A stretch of 64,000 bases of DNA from Gammaproteobacteria bacterium (GTDB lineage Bacteria; Pseudomonadota; Gammaproteobacteria; Acidiferrobacterales; SZUA-150). Both the position numbers and the translations under genes were made by a program. Position 1 is the first letter of the stretch; each line of letters opens with the position of its first letter. The stretch is taken from the NCBI GenBank assembly GCA_036986275.1, contig BTRG01000003.1, forward strand, positions 3,820-67,819. The letters run 5' to 3'. Positions 28,471 to 37,950 of this stretch are shown one piece after another. The notes beneath the pieces were generated by a model. That model was not told the origin of the DNA and did no database searches. It saw nothing but the letters and a program-made list of their open reading frames with translations.

Positions 28471-29745
28471 ATGAAAAAGAAAATTCCGGTCTCTGAAATT
28501 CGCAAAGGTATGTATATCGCTGAGCTGGACAGGCCCTGGATAGAAACACCCTTCCTGTTCCAGGGGTTCGAGATCAGCGACGACAATGAAATTGAACAGC
28601 TCTTGGCGCATTGCCAGACCGTATATATAGATACAGAGCAGGGCCTGGATACTGATCCGCAGGACAGGCTGGGGCCATGGCACATCCAGACCACGGAGGC
28701 CGATGAAGAAGAAAAGGCCCGTAAACTGGATGCTGAACTCAAGGAAAAAGCAGCAACTGCAAGTAAGCGGCCACCCACTTACAGCGACACTACTGCCCTG
28801 GAAGAAGAGCTTGAACCCGCCAGGGAAGCACAAAACAAGACCCGCAACATCATTTACAGCATTTTGGAAGATGTGCGCCTGGGGAAAAGCATAGACACGG
28901 TAGCGGCCAAGCATGCTGTCGGAGATATGACGGAAAGTATTATTCGTAATCCCGATGCCCTGATCTGCCTGAGCGAACTCAAAAACAAGGACGAATATAC
29001 CGCCCTGCACAGCCTGCGTGTCTGTATCTTTGCACTCGCCTTCGGGCGCCACCTGGGCTACCCCAAAGCGCAACTCAATTTACTGGGCCTGGGTGCTGTA
29101 TTGCACGATGTTGGCAAGATGCGAGTATCGAACGACATCCTCAATAAACCGGAAGCCTTAACCGAGCAGGAATTCGCAATCATGATGAGCCATGTACCGG
29201 AAGGCGTGAAAGTACTCCAAAACGCCAAAGATATCTCACCCATGGCCATAGATGTTGCCCGTTTCCACCACGAGCGCTTCGATGGCAGCGGCTATGCCAG
29301 CGGCACCAAGGGGTCGGAAATAAGTGAATTCGGACTGATCGGGGCCATTGTAGATTGCTATGACGCCATCACCAGCGATCGCGTCTACCATAAGGGGATG
29401 TCCTCGCATGACGCCCTGAAACGTATGTATGAATGGCGTACCAAAGATTTCCATCCCATACTCATTGAACAATTTATTCAATGCATGGGAATTTACCCGA
29501 TAGGCAGCCTGGTGGAAATGAATACGGGCAGTATCGGCGTGGTCGTCACCATCAATCGTAAACGCAGACTGAGGCCCAAGGTTAATCTTGTGCTCACTGC
29601 CGACAAACAAGCCTACACCTCGAGGAAAATCATCGATCTCAGCACACAGCCGGAAGATGAAAACGGGCAGGCACTGGAAATCAAGAAAGTGCTGGCCTCA
29701 GGGACGTATGGCGTCAGTGCCTCTGACTACCTGCCCATACGTTAA
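28471..29745 (+). CDS. HD-GYP-family c-di-GMP phosphodiesterase with DUF3391-type N-domain
   Basis: 424 aa. N-terminus KIPVSEIRKGMYIAELDRPW, an acidic linker, then HD domain LHDVGK and HHERFDGSGYASG (GYA instead of GYP). Confidence 0.9.
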   Translation: MKKKIPVSEIRKGMYIAELDRPWIETPFLFQGFEISDDNEIEQLLAHCQTVYIDTEQGLDTDPQDRLGPWHIQTTEADEEEKARKLDAELKEKAATASKRPPTYSDTTALEEELEPAREAQNKTRNIIYSILEDVRLGKSIDTVAAKHAVGDMTESIIRNPDALICLSELKNKDEYTALHSLRVCIFALAFGRHLGYPKAQLNLLGLGAVLHDVGKMRVSNDILNKPEALTEQEFAIMMSHVPEGVKVLQNAKDISPMAIDVARFHHERFDGSGYASGTKGSEISEFGLIGAIVDCYDAITSDRVYHKGMSSHDALKRMYEWRTKDFHPILIEQFIQCMGIYPIGSLVEMNTGSIGVVVTINRKRRLRPKVNLVLTADKQAYTSRKIIDLSTQPEDENGQALEIKKVLASGTYGVSASDYLPIR

Positions 29746-30269
29746 GCCAATGGCCAGCAAGCCAGCTCTTCATAAGTGACACCACCCTGCGGTTGGGGAA
29801 CTGAACGCAGCAGGACAAATTGCCCTATATGCCAGCATATAGGGCTTTTCAGACACCATTCGGAGGCCGAGGCCCCAGAACCCCGCCACAGCGTGAGATG
29901 CGGAATATAGGGGCGATCGGCTACCTCCAGACCACATTCACCGGCAACATCGACCAGGTGCTGAAACAAGGCCTCCATGGGTCTGGGAACTGCTTGCCGG
30001 TCTGCTGTCAGTACTACCGCCCTTGAATGGCCCCAAAACTCTACATGATCGAGACAAAGATCAAACGGAGACAGTTCACCCTGGCCAGAGGTGGCAAGCA
30101 GGAAGTTTTTTTGTGAATCAGAGACATTACCCAGAAACAGCAGTGTGATATGCCAGTTTTGCCTATCAATCAGACGATAAGCGGCGGCAGGCTGGGTCCG
30201 GGTCCAACGGCTAAGTGTGTGGCGAACCGTCTTATCAGGCCATAGGGCAAAAAACAGGCATTCCGTCAT
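29742..30269 (-). CDS. thpR: 2H-phosphoesterase, RNA 2',3'-cyclic phosphodiesterase ThpR/LigT-like
   Basis: Two HxT/S motifs (WHITLLFLG and PHLTLWRG). Start MTECLFFALWP at 30269; the track ORF extends to 30347. Confidence 0.8.
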   Translation of the reverse strand: MTECLFFALWPDKTVRHTLSRWTRTQPAAAYRLIDRQNWHITLLFLGNVSDSQKNFLLATSGQGELSPFDLCLDHVEFWGHSRAVVLTADRQAVPRPMEALFQHLVDVAGECGLEVADRPYIPHLTLWRGSGASASEWCLKSPICWHIGQFVLLRSVPQPQGGVTYEELACWPLA

Positions 30270-30552
30270 TTTTCCACCCCTAAAACCTGCGGACGATAGG
30301 CTAGACATAGCATGAAGCACGACAAACACATGCATCCGGGCACCCAAAGCGTATCAATGAAACTTGAACCAGAATATGAAGTTACGCCTCTATATGACGA
30401 ATTTTCCATGTATTTCTTCTTTACAAAGCTCAGATGCTGACATATTCTAAAAACGATATGTAACATTTTGGCGGCCAGATTCGCCATCAAGCGGGGGTCT
30501 TGGGGATGTTGACTGTAACACCCTGAACGACTGCCAGCCCTAAGGATGTAAC

Positions 30553-31248
30553 ATGCAAGTAAGAAAAATAGCCAGACTCGTACTTTTTATTGCCTTTTTT
30601 GCCTATTTGGCCCCCTCCCACGCCCGGGAACTGGGGGGTGACGGCCGTTTCTACTGGGGGATAGACATATTTCAGGCCGAAACAGTAGCCACAAGGGCTG
30701 AGGTGACTGACGATACCCTCAATACCACTATCGTCGTCGACGGCACCTTCAAGAGCGATGAGGATATTAATGCCTATGCGCTCAAATTTGGCTATGAATT
30801 CACCAACTTCCTGGGCGTTGAAATCCATTATTCCCAGGCCGACGAAGTTGAAACCACGTTGGCCGATGGCAGCGTCCTCTCATCTAAAATTGATTATGCG
30901 GGATCTGCCTTCATTCGCGCCCAATACCCTTTCGAGAAAATCAAGCTCTATATGCTTGTCGGCGGCACCTACGCACAATGGAGCGCCGACTGTAACAGTG
31001 CATCGGGCTGCGGCGGTGCATTCACCACTGGCCCCGAGACGGCGCCGGTGGCTGTTGGCCCGGTCTCACTCAAGGAAACCCAGGCGGGCCTGGCCTATGG
31101 CGCCGGCATGGAAGTCTATGGCAGCCCTTACACCGGATTTAATATCAGCTGGATTAAATACCTTGATCGGGACACCTTCGAGCAAACCGCGGTGGGCGTT
31201 GGTTTCTTCCATCACTTTGATTTCCCACGCATTTTCCGCCGCTTCTAA
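30553..31248 (+). CDS. Small beta-barrel outer membrane protein (OmpA-N/OmpW-like porin family)
   Basis: 231 aa. Signal peptide ..APSHA-RE, alternating hydrophobic strands, and terminal ..FRRF. Confidence 0.7.
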   Translation: MQVRKIARLVLFIAFFAYLAPSHARELGGDGRFYWGIDIFQAETVATRAEVTDDTLNTTIVVDGTFKSDEDINAYALKFGYEFTNFLGVEIHYSQADEVETTLADGSVLSSKIDYAGSAFIRAQYPFEKIKLYMLVGGTYAQWSADCNSASGCGGAFTTGPETAPVAVGPVSLKETQAGLAYGAGMEVYGSPYTGFNISWIKYLDRDTFEQTAVGVGFFHHFDFPRIFRRF

Positions 31249-31297
31249 TTTTACTCCACCCCGATCAAAAAAAGCCGCACTACCATATTTCGTCACA

Positions 31298-32506
31298 TCA
31301 TCCAGAATGAACACTGTCAGGATAAAGCTGCGGAAATAAATAAGCAGCAGTTCCTACCGGTATACCGAGCCGTACGGACCCTTTTGGTGAATCTGAAACC
31401 AATAAGTCTTCTTCTAACAACCGCTTTAGAACTTCGCGAGCTGATCGTTCCGGCAAACCTGTAATCCTGGGTGCCTCTCCACGCGCAAACTCACCTCGTA
31501 TTAACGCTTCTTGCAATAGAAATGCCGATTGAGGTTTTAAAGGATCTGTCCCAGGCACCATACCTTGTCCCCTTAAAGCCACATAACCTCTAACACGATC
31601 AACAAGGCCGTCCAGTTGCACCAAACTGTCCATATAGTTGATTTGATCAAGACAGGTTTCGAGGAAGAACCGGCAAAACCGGTTGAGCCCATCAAGCAAG
31701 AGATTGCCGCGACCATCCAGGTCCCCACGCCGTAGCGCGTCCGCATTTGCCAGCAGCGCCATGTAATCGTCTCGACTGCGCGCCAAACCCCGACCCGCGG
31801 ACCACAGCATCCATCCATCTAGTCCGGCGCGCGCGAACCCGGCGTCTGTAAAGAGACGCACAACGCGGCCATTGCCATCCAGGTACGGGTGAATCCAGGC
31901 CAGCCGGTGATGGGCAGCGGCAACGGCCAATAGCTTATTGTGGCCGCTGAATCGTGTAGCTTCATAAAATTCGGCGAACCTGGCCATAAACGCGGATAAC
32001 ATTTTGGGGGATGGCGCCATGTGAATACCAACCTCAACATCCAGCTCACGTAACTTGCCGCCCTCGACATACGCCTTTTCGCCGGTTTTCTCATTTTTTA
32101 CCCACTTAAAATCTTCAGGCAGGCGGTCATAGAACTCTCGGTGGAGCCAGCAGAGGAAATCGCTTGAAGTCGGGCTTAATTCTGGTTCCTCCTGCAAGCG
32201 CCGCTCCATTACGCGCTGTACTTCGATAAGGATCAGGCTTTCCGTCTGAAGGTTGCGTTTTGCGGGATCTTTGAAATAGTCCCGCTTCATTGCACGCTCG
32301 ATATCCAGCGGATGGGTGTTGTGCCCCTCAATCAGGTTCGAATAATAGCTTTTAATGACTCTCAGGAGATGGCCTACGGTAACTGCACTTGTCGGATGTA
32401 AACGAGCCCCGAGCGCAGCTGAACGGCTGTAGATATTCACTGCTAAATCAGGCAGATCGCCTGCTTCAGGCATCAGGGGCTCCATTGCGCCTGGACTGCT
32501 GTACAT
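31298..32506 (-). CDS. Fic-family protein (class II, with N-terminal inhibitory motif and C-terminal wHTH)
   Basis: 402 aa. Fic motif HPYLDGNGRVVR (aa 206-217). Inhibitory-helix motif SNLIEG (aa 56-61). C-terminal ITGLPERSAREVLKRLLEEDLL wHTH. Confidence 0.9.
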   Translation of the reverse strand: MYSSPGAMEPLMPEAGDLPDLAVNIYSRSAALGARLHPTSAVTVGHLLRVIKSYYSNLIEGHNTHPLDIERAMKRDYFKDPAKRNLQTESLILIEVQRVMERRLQEEPELSPTSSDFLCWLHREFYDRLPEDFKWVKNEKTGEKAYVEGGKLRELDVEVGIHMAPSPKMLSAFMARFAEFYEATRFSGHNKLLAVAAAHHRLAWIHPYLDGNGRVVRLFTDAGFARAGLDGWMLWSAGRGLARSRDDYMALLANADALRRGDLDGRGNLLLDGLNRFCRFFLETCLDQINYMDSLVQLDGLVDRVRGYVALRGQGMVPGTDPLKPQSAFLLQEALIRGEFARGEAPRITGLPERSAREVLKRLLEEDLLVSDSPKGSVRLGIPVGTAAYLFPQLYPDSVHSG

Positions 32507-32508
32507 TT

Positions 32509-32526
32509 TGCCGATCCTATTGCCGA
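32509..32526. repeat. Direct repeat copy 1, TGCCGATCCTATTGCCGA
   Basis: Exact 18-mer also present at 32598-32615. It is internally two TGCCGA half-sites 12 bp apart. Lies 3 nt upstream of the fic start and contains its likely RBS (AGGA on the minus strand). Confidence 0.9.
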
Positions 32527-32597
32527 TTTGAGTATCACATAATATACTGTTTTATATATGAGAATGCCAATATTTTCTTAATTTATGCCGGTATTTC

Positions 32598-32615
32598 TGC
32601 CGATCCTATTGCCGA
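32598..32615. repeat. Direct repeat copy 2, TGCCGATCCTATTGCCGA
   Basis: Identical to 32509-32526. Its 3' end runs into the 26-bp palindrome. Confidence 0.9.
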
Positions 32616-32636
32616 AGCAGTCTAGACTGCTTCGGC
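32611..32636. promoter_or_regulatory. 26-bp perfect palindrome GCCGAAGCAGTCTAGACTGCTTCGGC
   Basis: Self-complementary over all 26 nt when read directly. Located in the AT-rich fic/recQ divergent intergenic region. No flanking T-run, so it is not a classic terminator. Confidence 0.85.
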
Positions 32637-32886
32637 TTCAACTATATTAATATAAAGTCATAACTATCTGTTTTATTTAATCTATTTATAGCCATTTTAT
32701 GTTTTTAGCCAGGAGGTAGAAGCTGAAAAAATTAACCTGAGACTGATAAAAAATAACATATTTGGTCATTTTATGATTCCAGCCCATGGTCATGTGACGG
32801 GTTAAGTCATAATTCCGGGCTGAACCCAGACTAGGCGAAGACGCGATCCGGTTTGGTGGTAAAGTAACATTATAAAGAAGCCATGG

Positions 32887-35024
<2,138 letters not shown>

Positions 35025-35028
<4 letters not shown>

Positions 35029-35053
35029 GATGCGGTGAGGCACGAACCGCATC
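35025..35053 (+). repeat. REP-like element copy 1 (GTAG-headed hairpin)
   Basis: GTAGGATGCGGTgaggcacgaACCGCATC, with an 8-bp perfect stem GATGCGGT/ACCGCATC. The recQ TAG stop lies inside the GTAG head. Confidence 0.7.
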
Positions 35054-35078
35054 GATCAAGGGGTATCATCTTGTGACA

Positions 35079-35107
35079 GATGCGGTTCCTTCGTCACCAC
35101 ATCCTAC
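35079..35107 (-). repeat. REP-like element copy 2, inverted orientation
   Basis: Reverse complement reads GTAGGATGTGGTgacgaaggaACCGCATC. Same head and stem with one G.T pair. Forms an inverted pair with copy 1. Confidence 0.7.
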
Positions 35108-35160
35108 AAAATCCAATAACAATCAAGACACATGACCGAATACCGCGGAGCAAAGCCCGC

Positions 35161-35174
35161 GTAGGATGCGGTGA
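35161..35174 (+). repeat. REP-like element, truncated third copy
   Basis: GTAGGATGCGGTGA is identical to the first 14 nt of copy 1, but the 3' stem arm is absent. Confidence 0.55.
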
Positions 35175-35377
35175 AGACAAGACTCAATCTGCGAAAGCAG
35201 GTCCTTTATTTCGACTTGGAAGCCGCTTTTTATGGATGAAATGCACGCTTTAAACCAATGCGCTGGAATGCGCGTTTGACCGCCTCAGTGGTGAGGCCGG
35301 GGAATATCTGGTCGTGGATGCTGCGCGGGAGTTCGGTCGCCGCGATCCTTATTCATGCAAATGCTCTTATCGCTTTC

Positions 35378-35956
35378 TCAATCCCTGAGCAAATTCTCGA
35401 CGACACCGCGGATCTTGCTACGGATCTTCTTTACCGCGGATTGTGACCAGTTTTCGAGCGCCGGGATGTACTTGCGGTCACCTGACACTTCGATCCGGTC
35501 AAGCAGGTGAATGAGGACCTCGCGGTGGCTATCGTTCAGCCATGCTAGATCAGGGGCGGAATCACCGGATGCAATCAGGTGGTCCAACTTTCTCTGGAGT
35601 TCAGCCGCATAGGTCTTCTTCTCTATTTCCCAGCCACGCGGGGTATAGGCCAGCAAGGGAAGACGGTAGTCGTATTCGATAGCGAAGTAGTTGTTGATAA
35701 TGAGCCAGTCAATGCGGGAAAGGATCTGTTGCAAGCTCAATGTGCGAAGGGCCCCGAAAGCTGGCGATTGATCCAGACTCAGGTCTTGAAGCTTTTTTTC
35801 CCGCGAACCCTTAAGGACTTTGGCCAAAAGGGAACGGCCACCACGCATAATTAACTCATCGGCGCCACGCAATATGATGGCGATTTCCTGTGCCGGGAGA
35901 TGAGCGATGCCCTGGGCGTCGAGCAAGACTGGAACGTGGCGGACTTTTCGACTCAT
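35378..35956 (-). CDS. Stand-alone RQC-like winged-helix protein (putative DNA binder), function unknown
   Basis: 192 aa. Residues about 40-115 (LLAKVLKGSREKKLQDLSLDQSPAFGAL..IDWLIINNYFAIEYDYRLPLLAYTPRG) follow the RecQ RQC wing pattern. No helicase or nuclease motifs and no obvious SD. Confidence 0.65.
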   Translation of the reverse strand: MSRKVRHVPVLLDAQGIAHLPAQEIAIILRGADELIMRGGRSLLAKVLKGSREKKLQDLSLDQSPAFGALRTLSLQQILSRIDWLIINNYFAIEYDYRLPLLAYTPRGWEIEKKTYAAELQRKLDHLIASGDSAPDLAWLNDSHREVLIHLLDRIEVSGDRKYIPALENWSQSAVKKIRSKIRGVVENLLRD

Positions 35957-36047
35957 GAGGTCATACGAATGGATAAATTTTACATAAGCTCGGCGCTTGC
36001 CGCGGTATCTTCCACCATCCCGGCCAACAAAACATGATCGGCAAGCA

Positions 36048-37463
36048 TCAGTGTTTCTCCAACCTCAGTTCTTCCCACATCCAGCGGCTGTCGTACGGCT
36101 CTTGTCCCTGGTTGGCGGCGCGGCGCAATTCATTGTTTTCCAGATATTTTAACCATTCGATGACCTTTTCCCGTCCTTTTTTACTCTTGGCGCATTGCCG
36201 CGGGCTTTTGTCGCCTAACATGGGAATGGGCTCGTCCAGACACTGGCGGTAATGCCGGTCGAGATAGTCGCATATGATCTCGGCGGCGACCTTGGGATCG
36301 ATCTCGTCTGCCGCGGGCCTATCGACGGCGGTTTGCTGAACCGATTCATTTCCAGCCATCAGTTGTTCAGGGGTCTGAAGCTTGCTTAGGGCCGGGCCGA
36401 TGAGACCGGGCAGGAGCACTTCCAGCGCATCCTTACCCCACTCCGCCCGTTCCATGGAATTGGTGGTCAGCTTCAGCACGCCTGGCTTCAATTCCAGTGT
36501 GCCGCTGATCGGGCGTTGGCCGTCCTGAAAAGTTTCGATAGCCATGCCACGTTTCGGTTTGTTGCCAGTGACATCCGGTTCCGGCAACCAGACCCAAGTA
36601 TGCTCATCCAGATTATCCCGTTCCCATTCGGGGGCGGCATCCAGGTGTTCGGCAATTTCTTCAAGCTGTTCCTCAAGGAACGGAAAACGAGTTTCGGTAA
36701 ATACCAGTGCCTCGCCATCACGGTTGACCATTTCGGGCAGCGGTGCGCGCAGGCGTTCCAGGGTATGCATAAGCCAGATGGAGGTGAAGGCAGGACAGGC
36801 ATCCCGCAGAAACAGTTCGTCCAGATTTTCCGATGACAACACCTTGGCCACGGCCTCCTTGCCAGCTACCCGCGAGAGTACCTTATTGAATTGTTTTCGC
36901 GATTTTGTCAGCACCTTGAGCAGGCTTTGCGCCACTTCCTGGGGAAACGGCAGGATGCCGCCGGAAAAAACGTGTCTGTCATTCTTTTTCAGCACCCGGG
37001 CCGCTATCCGGTCCCACTTGACGAGGTTCTGCGTACCCATACGTTCATGGACACGGATGGTCTCGCCACCACGCACCAGGTCGCGCACGCCGCAATGATA
37101 ACCGGGGGAAACCTCGACCACCTCGTAGAGGCTAAGAACGGAATCCCGAAGCTGTTGCAGATAGCGGCGGCCGGGGACGCTTTCACGCCAACCGCGGCGT
37201 TTCAGGTAGTCGTCGATGATGTTCTTGTCATCCGGCGGCAAGCGGCTGCTGACAAAATCCTCGAACATCAGACCAAACAGCATGCCCCCGTAGCCGTGTT
37301 CCGCAAGCTCCTGGCCGAGTTCATCCTGGCTGATGCCGATGCGGTCGCAAACCGGGGAAAGATGGGCATCGAACACAGTCGCCTGTGCGTCCGACCACTC
37401 GGGCCGGTTTGCCCATTTCATAATGTTGCGGATGGCTTTGTCGGTATCGCTACGTTTTCCCAT
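36048..37463 (-). CDS. Hypothetical 471-aa protein with a DUF2384/Xre-MbcA-ParS-like C-terminal helical domain
   Basis: Long uninterrupted ORF, co-oriented with and 91 nt upstream of the RQC-like gene. C-terminus IPMLGDKSPRQCAKSKKGREKVIEWLKYLENNE. No catalytic motif recognised. Confidence 0.7.
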   Translation of the reverse strand: MGKRSDTDKAIRNIMKWANRPEWSDAQATVFDAHLSPVCDRIGISQDELGQELAEHGYGGMLFGLMFEDFVSSRLPPDDKNIIDDYLKRRGWRESVPGRRYLQQLRDSVLSLYEVVEVSPGYHCGVRDLVRGGETIRVHERMGTQNLVKWDRIAARVLKKNDRHVFSGGILPFPQEVAQSLLKVLTKSRKQFNKVLSRVAGKEAVAKVLSSENLDELFLRDACPAFTSIWLMHTLERLRAPLPEMVNRDGEALVFTETRFPFLEEQLEEIAEHLDAAPEWERDNLDEHTWVWLPEPDVTGNKPKRGMAIETFQDGQRPISGTLELKPGVLKLTTNSMERAEWGKDALEVLLPGLIGPALSKLQTPEQLMAGNESVQQTAVDRPAADEIDPKVAAEIICDYLDRHYRQCLDEPIPMLGDKSPRQCAKSKKGREKVIEWLKYLENNELRRAANQGQEPYDSRWMWEELRLEKH

Positions 37464-37736
37464 GTGTGCTATTCATGAGTAGGTCCAAACGATTCTACAC
37501 AGTGTATCCCAAATGGTGGTATCAGCGCAGTGCACAAAGGACCGGGGTCACATCATGAAACTTTACAAGCCTGCCTTATGTTGGGGCCCTGTACGCCAGT
37601 TACCGCACTAAGAAAGAAAGACACCTATGCGGCACACTCAATGGATCAGCTCGAACCTCGCGATTTCGGGCCAAACCCTGCGCGTTGCTTACGAAAATCC
37701 CTGGGCCATTCTGGCCCGGCGCCTCAAAAATACAAA

Positions 37737-37812
37737 TTGGTGGGGCGTGCAGGAATCGAACCTGCGACCATCGGATTAAAAGTCCGGTGCTCTACCAACT
37801 GAGCTAACGCCC
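37737..37812 (-). tRNA. tRNA-Lys (anticodon UUU)
   Basis: Reverse complement is GGGGCGTTAGCTCAGTTGGTAGAGCACCGGACTTTTAATCCGATGGTCGCAGGTTCGATTCCTGCACGCCCCACCA. It is 76 nt, folds as a cloverleaf, has anticodon loop CTTTTAA and an encoded CCA, and is near-identical in architecture to E. coli tRNA-Lys. The 27-43 pair is C.A. Confidence 0.95.
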
Positions 37813-37894
37813 CATTTCCCACGGAACCGAGGAAGGCCGGATTATCCAGACCCGGTCTAAACCTGTCAATGCGACCCCATGGTTACGCATCGAT

Positions 37895-37927
37895 AAAAAC
37901 GGGCCCCCAACACACATCGCGGGCCCG
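37895..37927 (-). terminator. Rho-independent terminator after the YeeE-family gene
   Basis: On the minus strand: CGGGCCC-(13-nt loop)-GGGCCCG followed by T5. About 25 nt after the stop. Confidence 0.6.
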
Positions 37928-37950
37928 CTATCTTTCAACCTATGATGAAG

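Noticed and set aside
32700-32830. Strong AGGAGG at 32711-32716 and tiny ORFs (5-10 codons) in the fic/recQ spacer
   Set aside because: The ORFs following the SD-like sequence are only a few codons long (CTG-KKLT-stop; MIPAHGHVTG-stop). There is no evidence for a leader-peptide mechanism. They are noted only as part of the unusual spacer.
37530-37802. 90-aa + strand ORF upstream of and across the tRNA locus
   Set aside because: Its 3' part is simply the antisense of tRNA-Lys (..GRAGIEPATIGLKVRCSTN). It has no RBS, so it is spurious.
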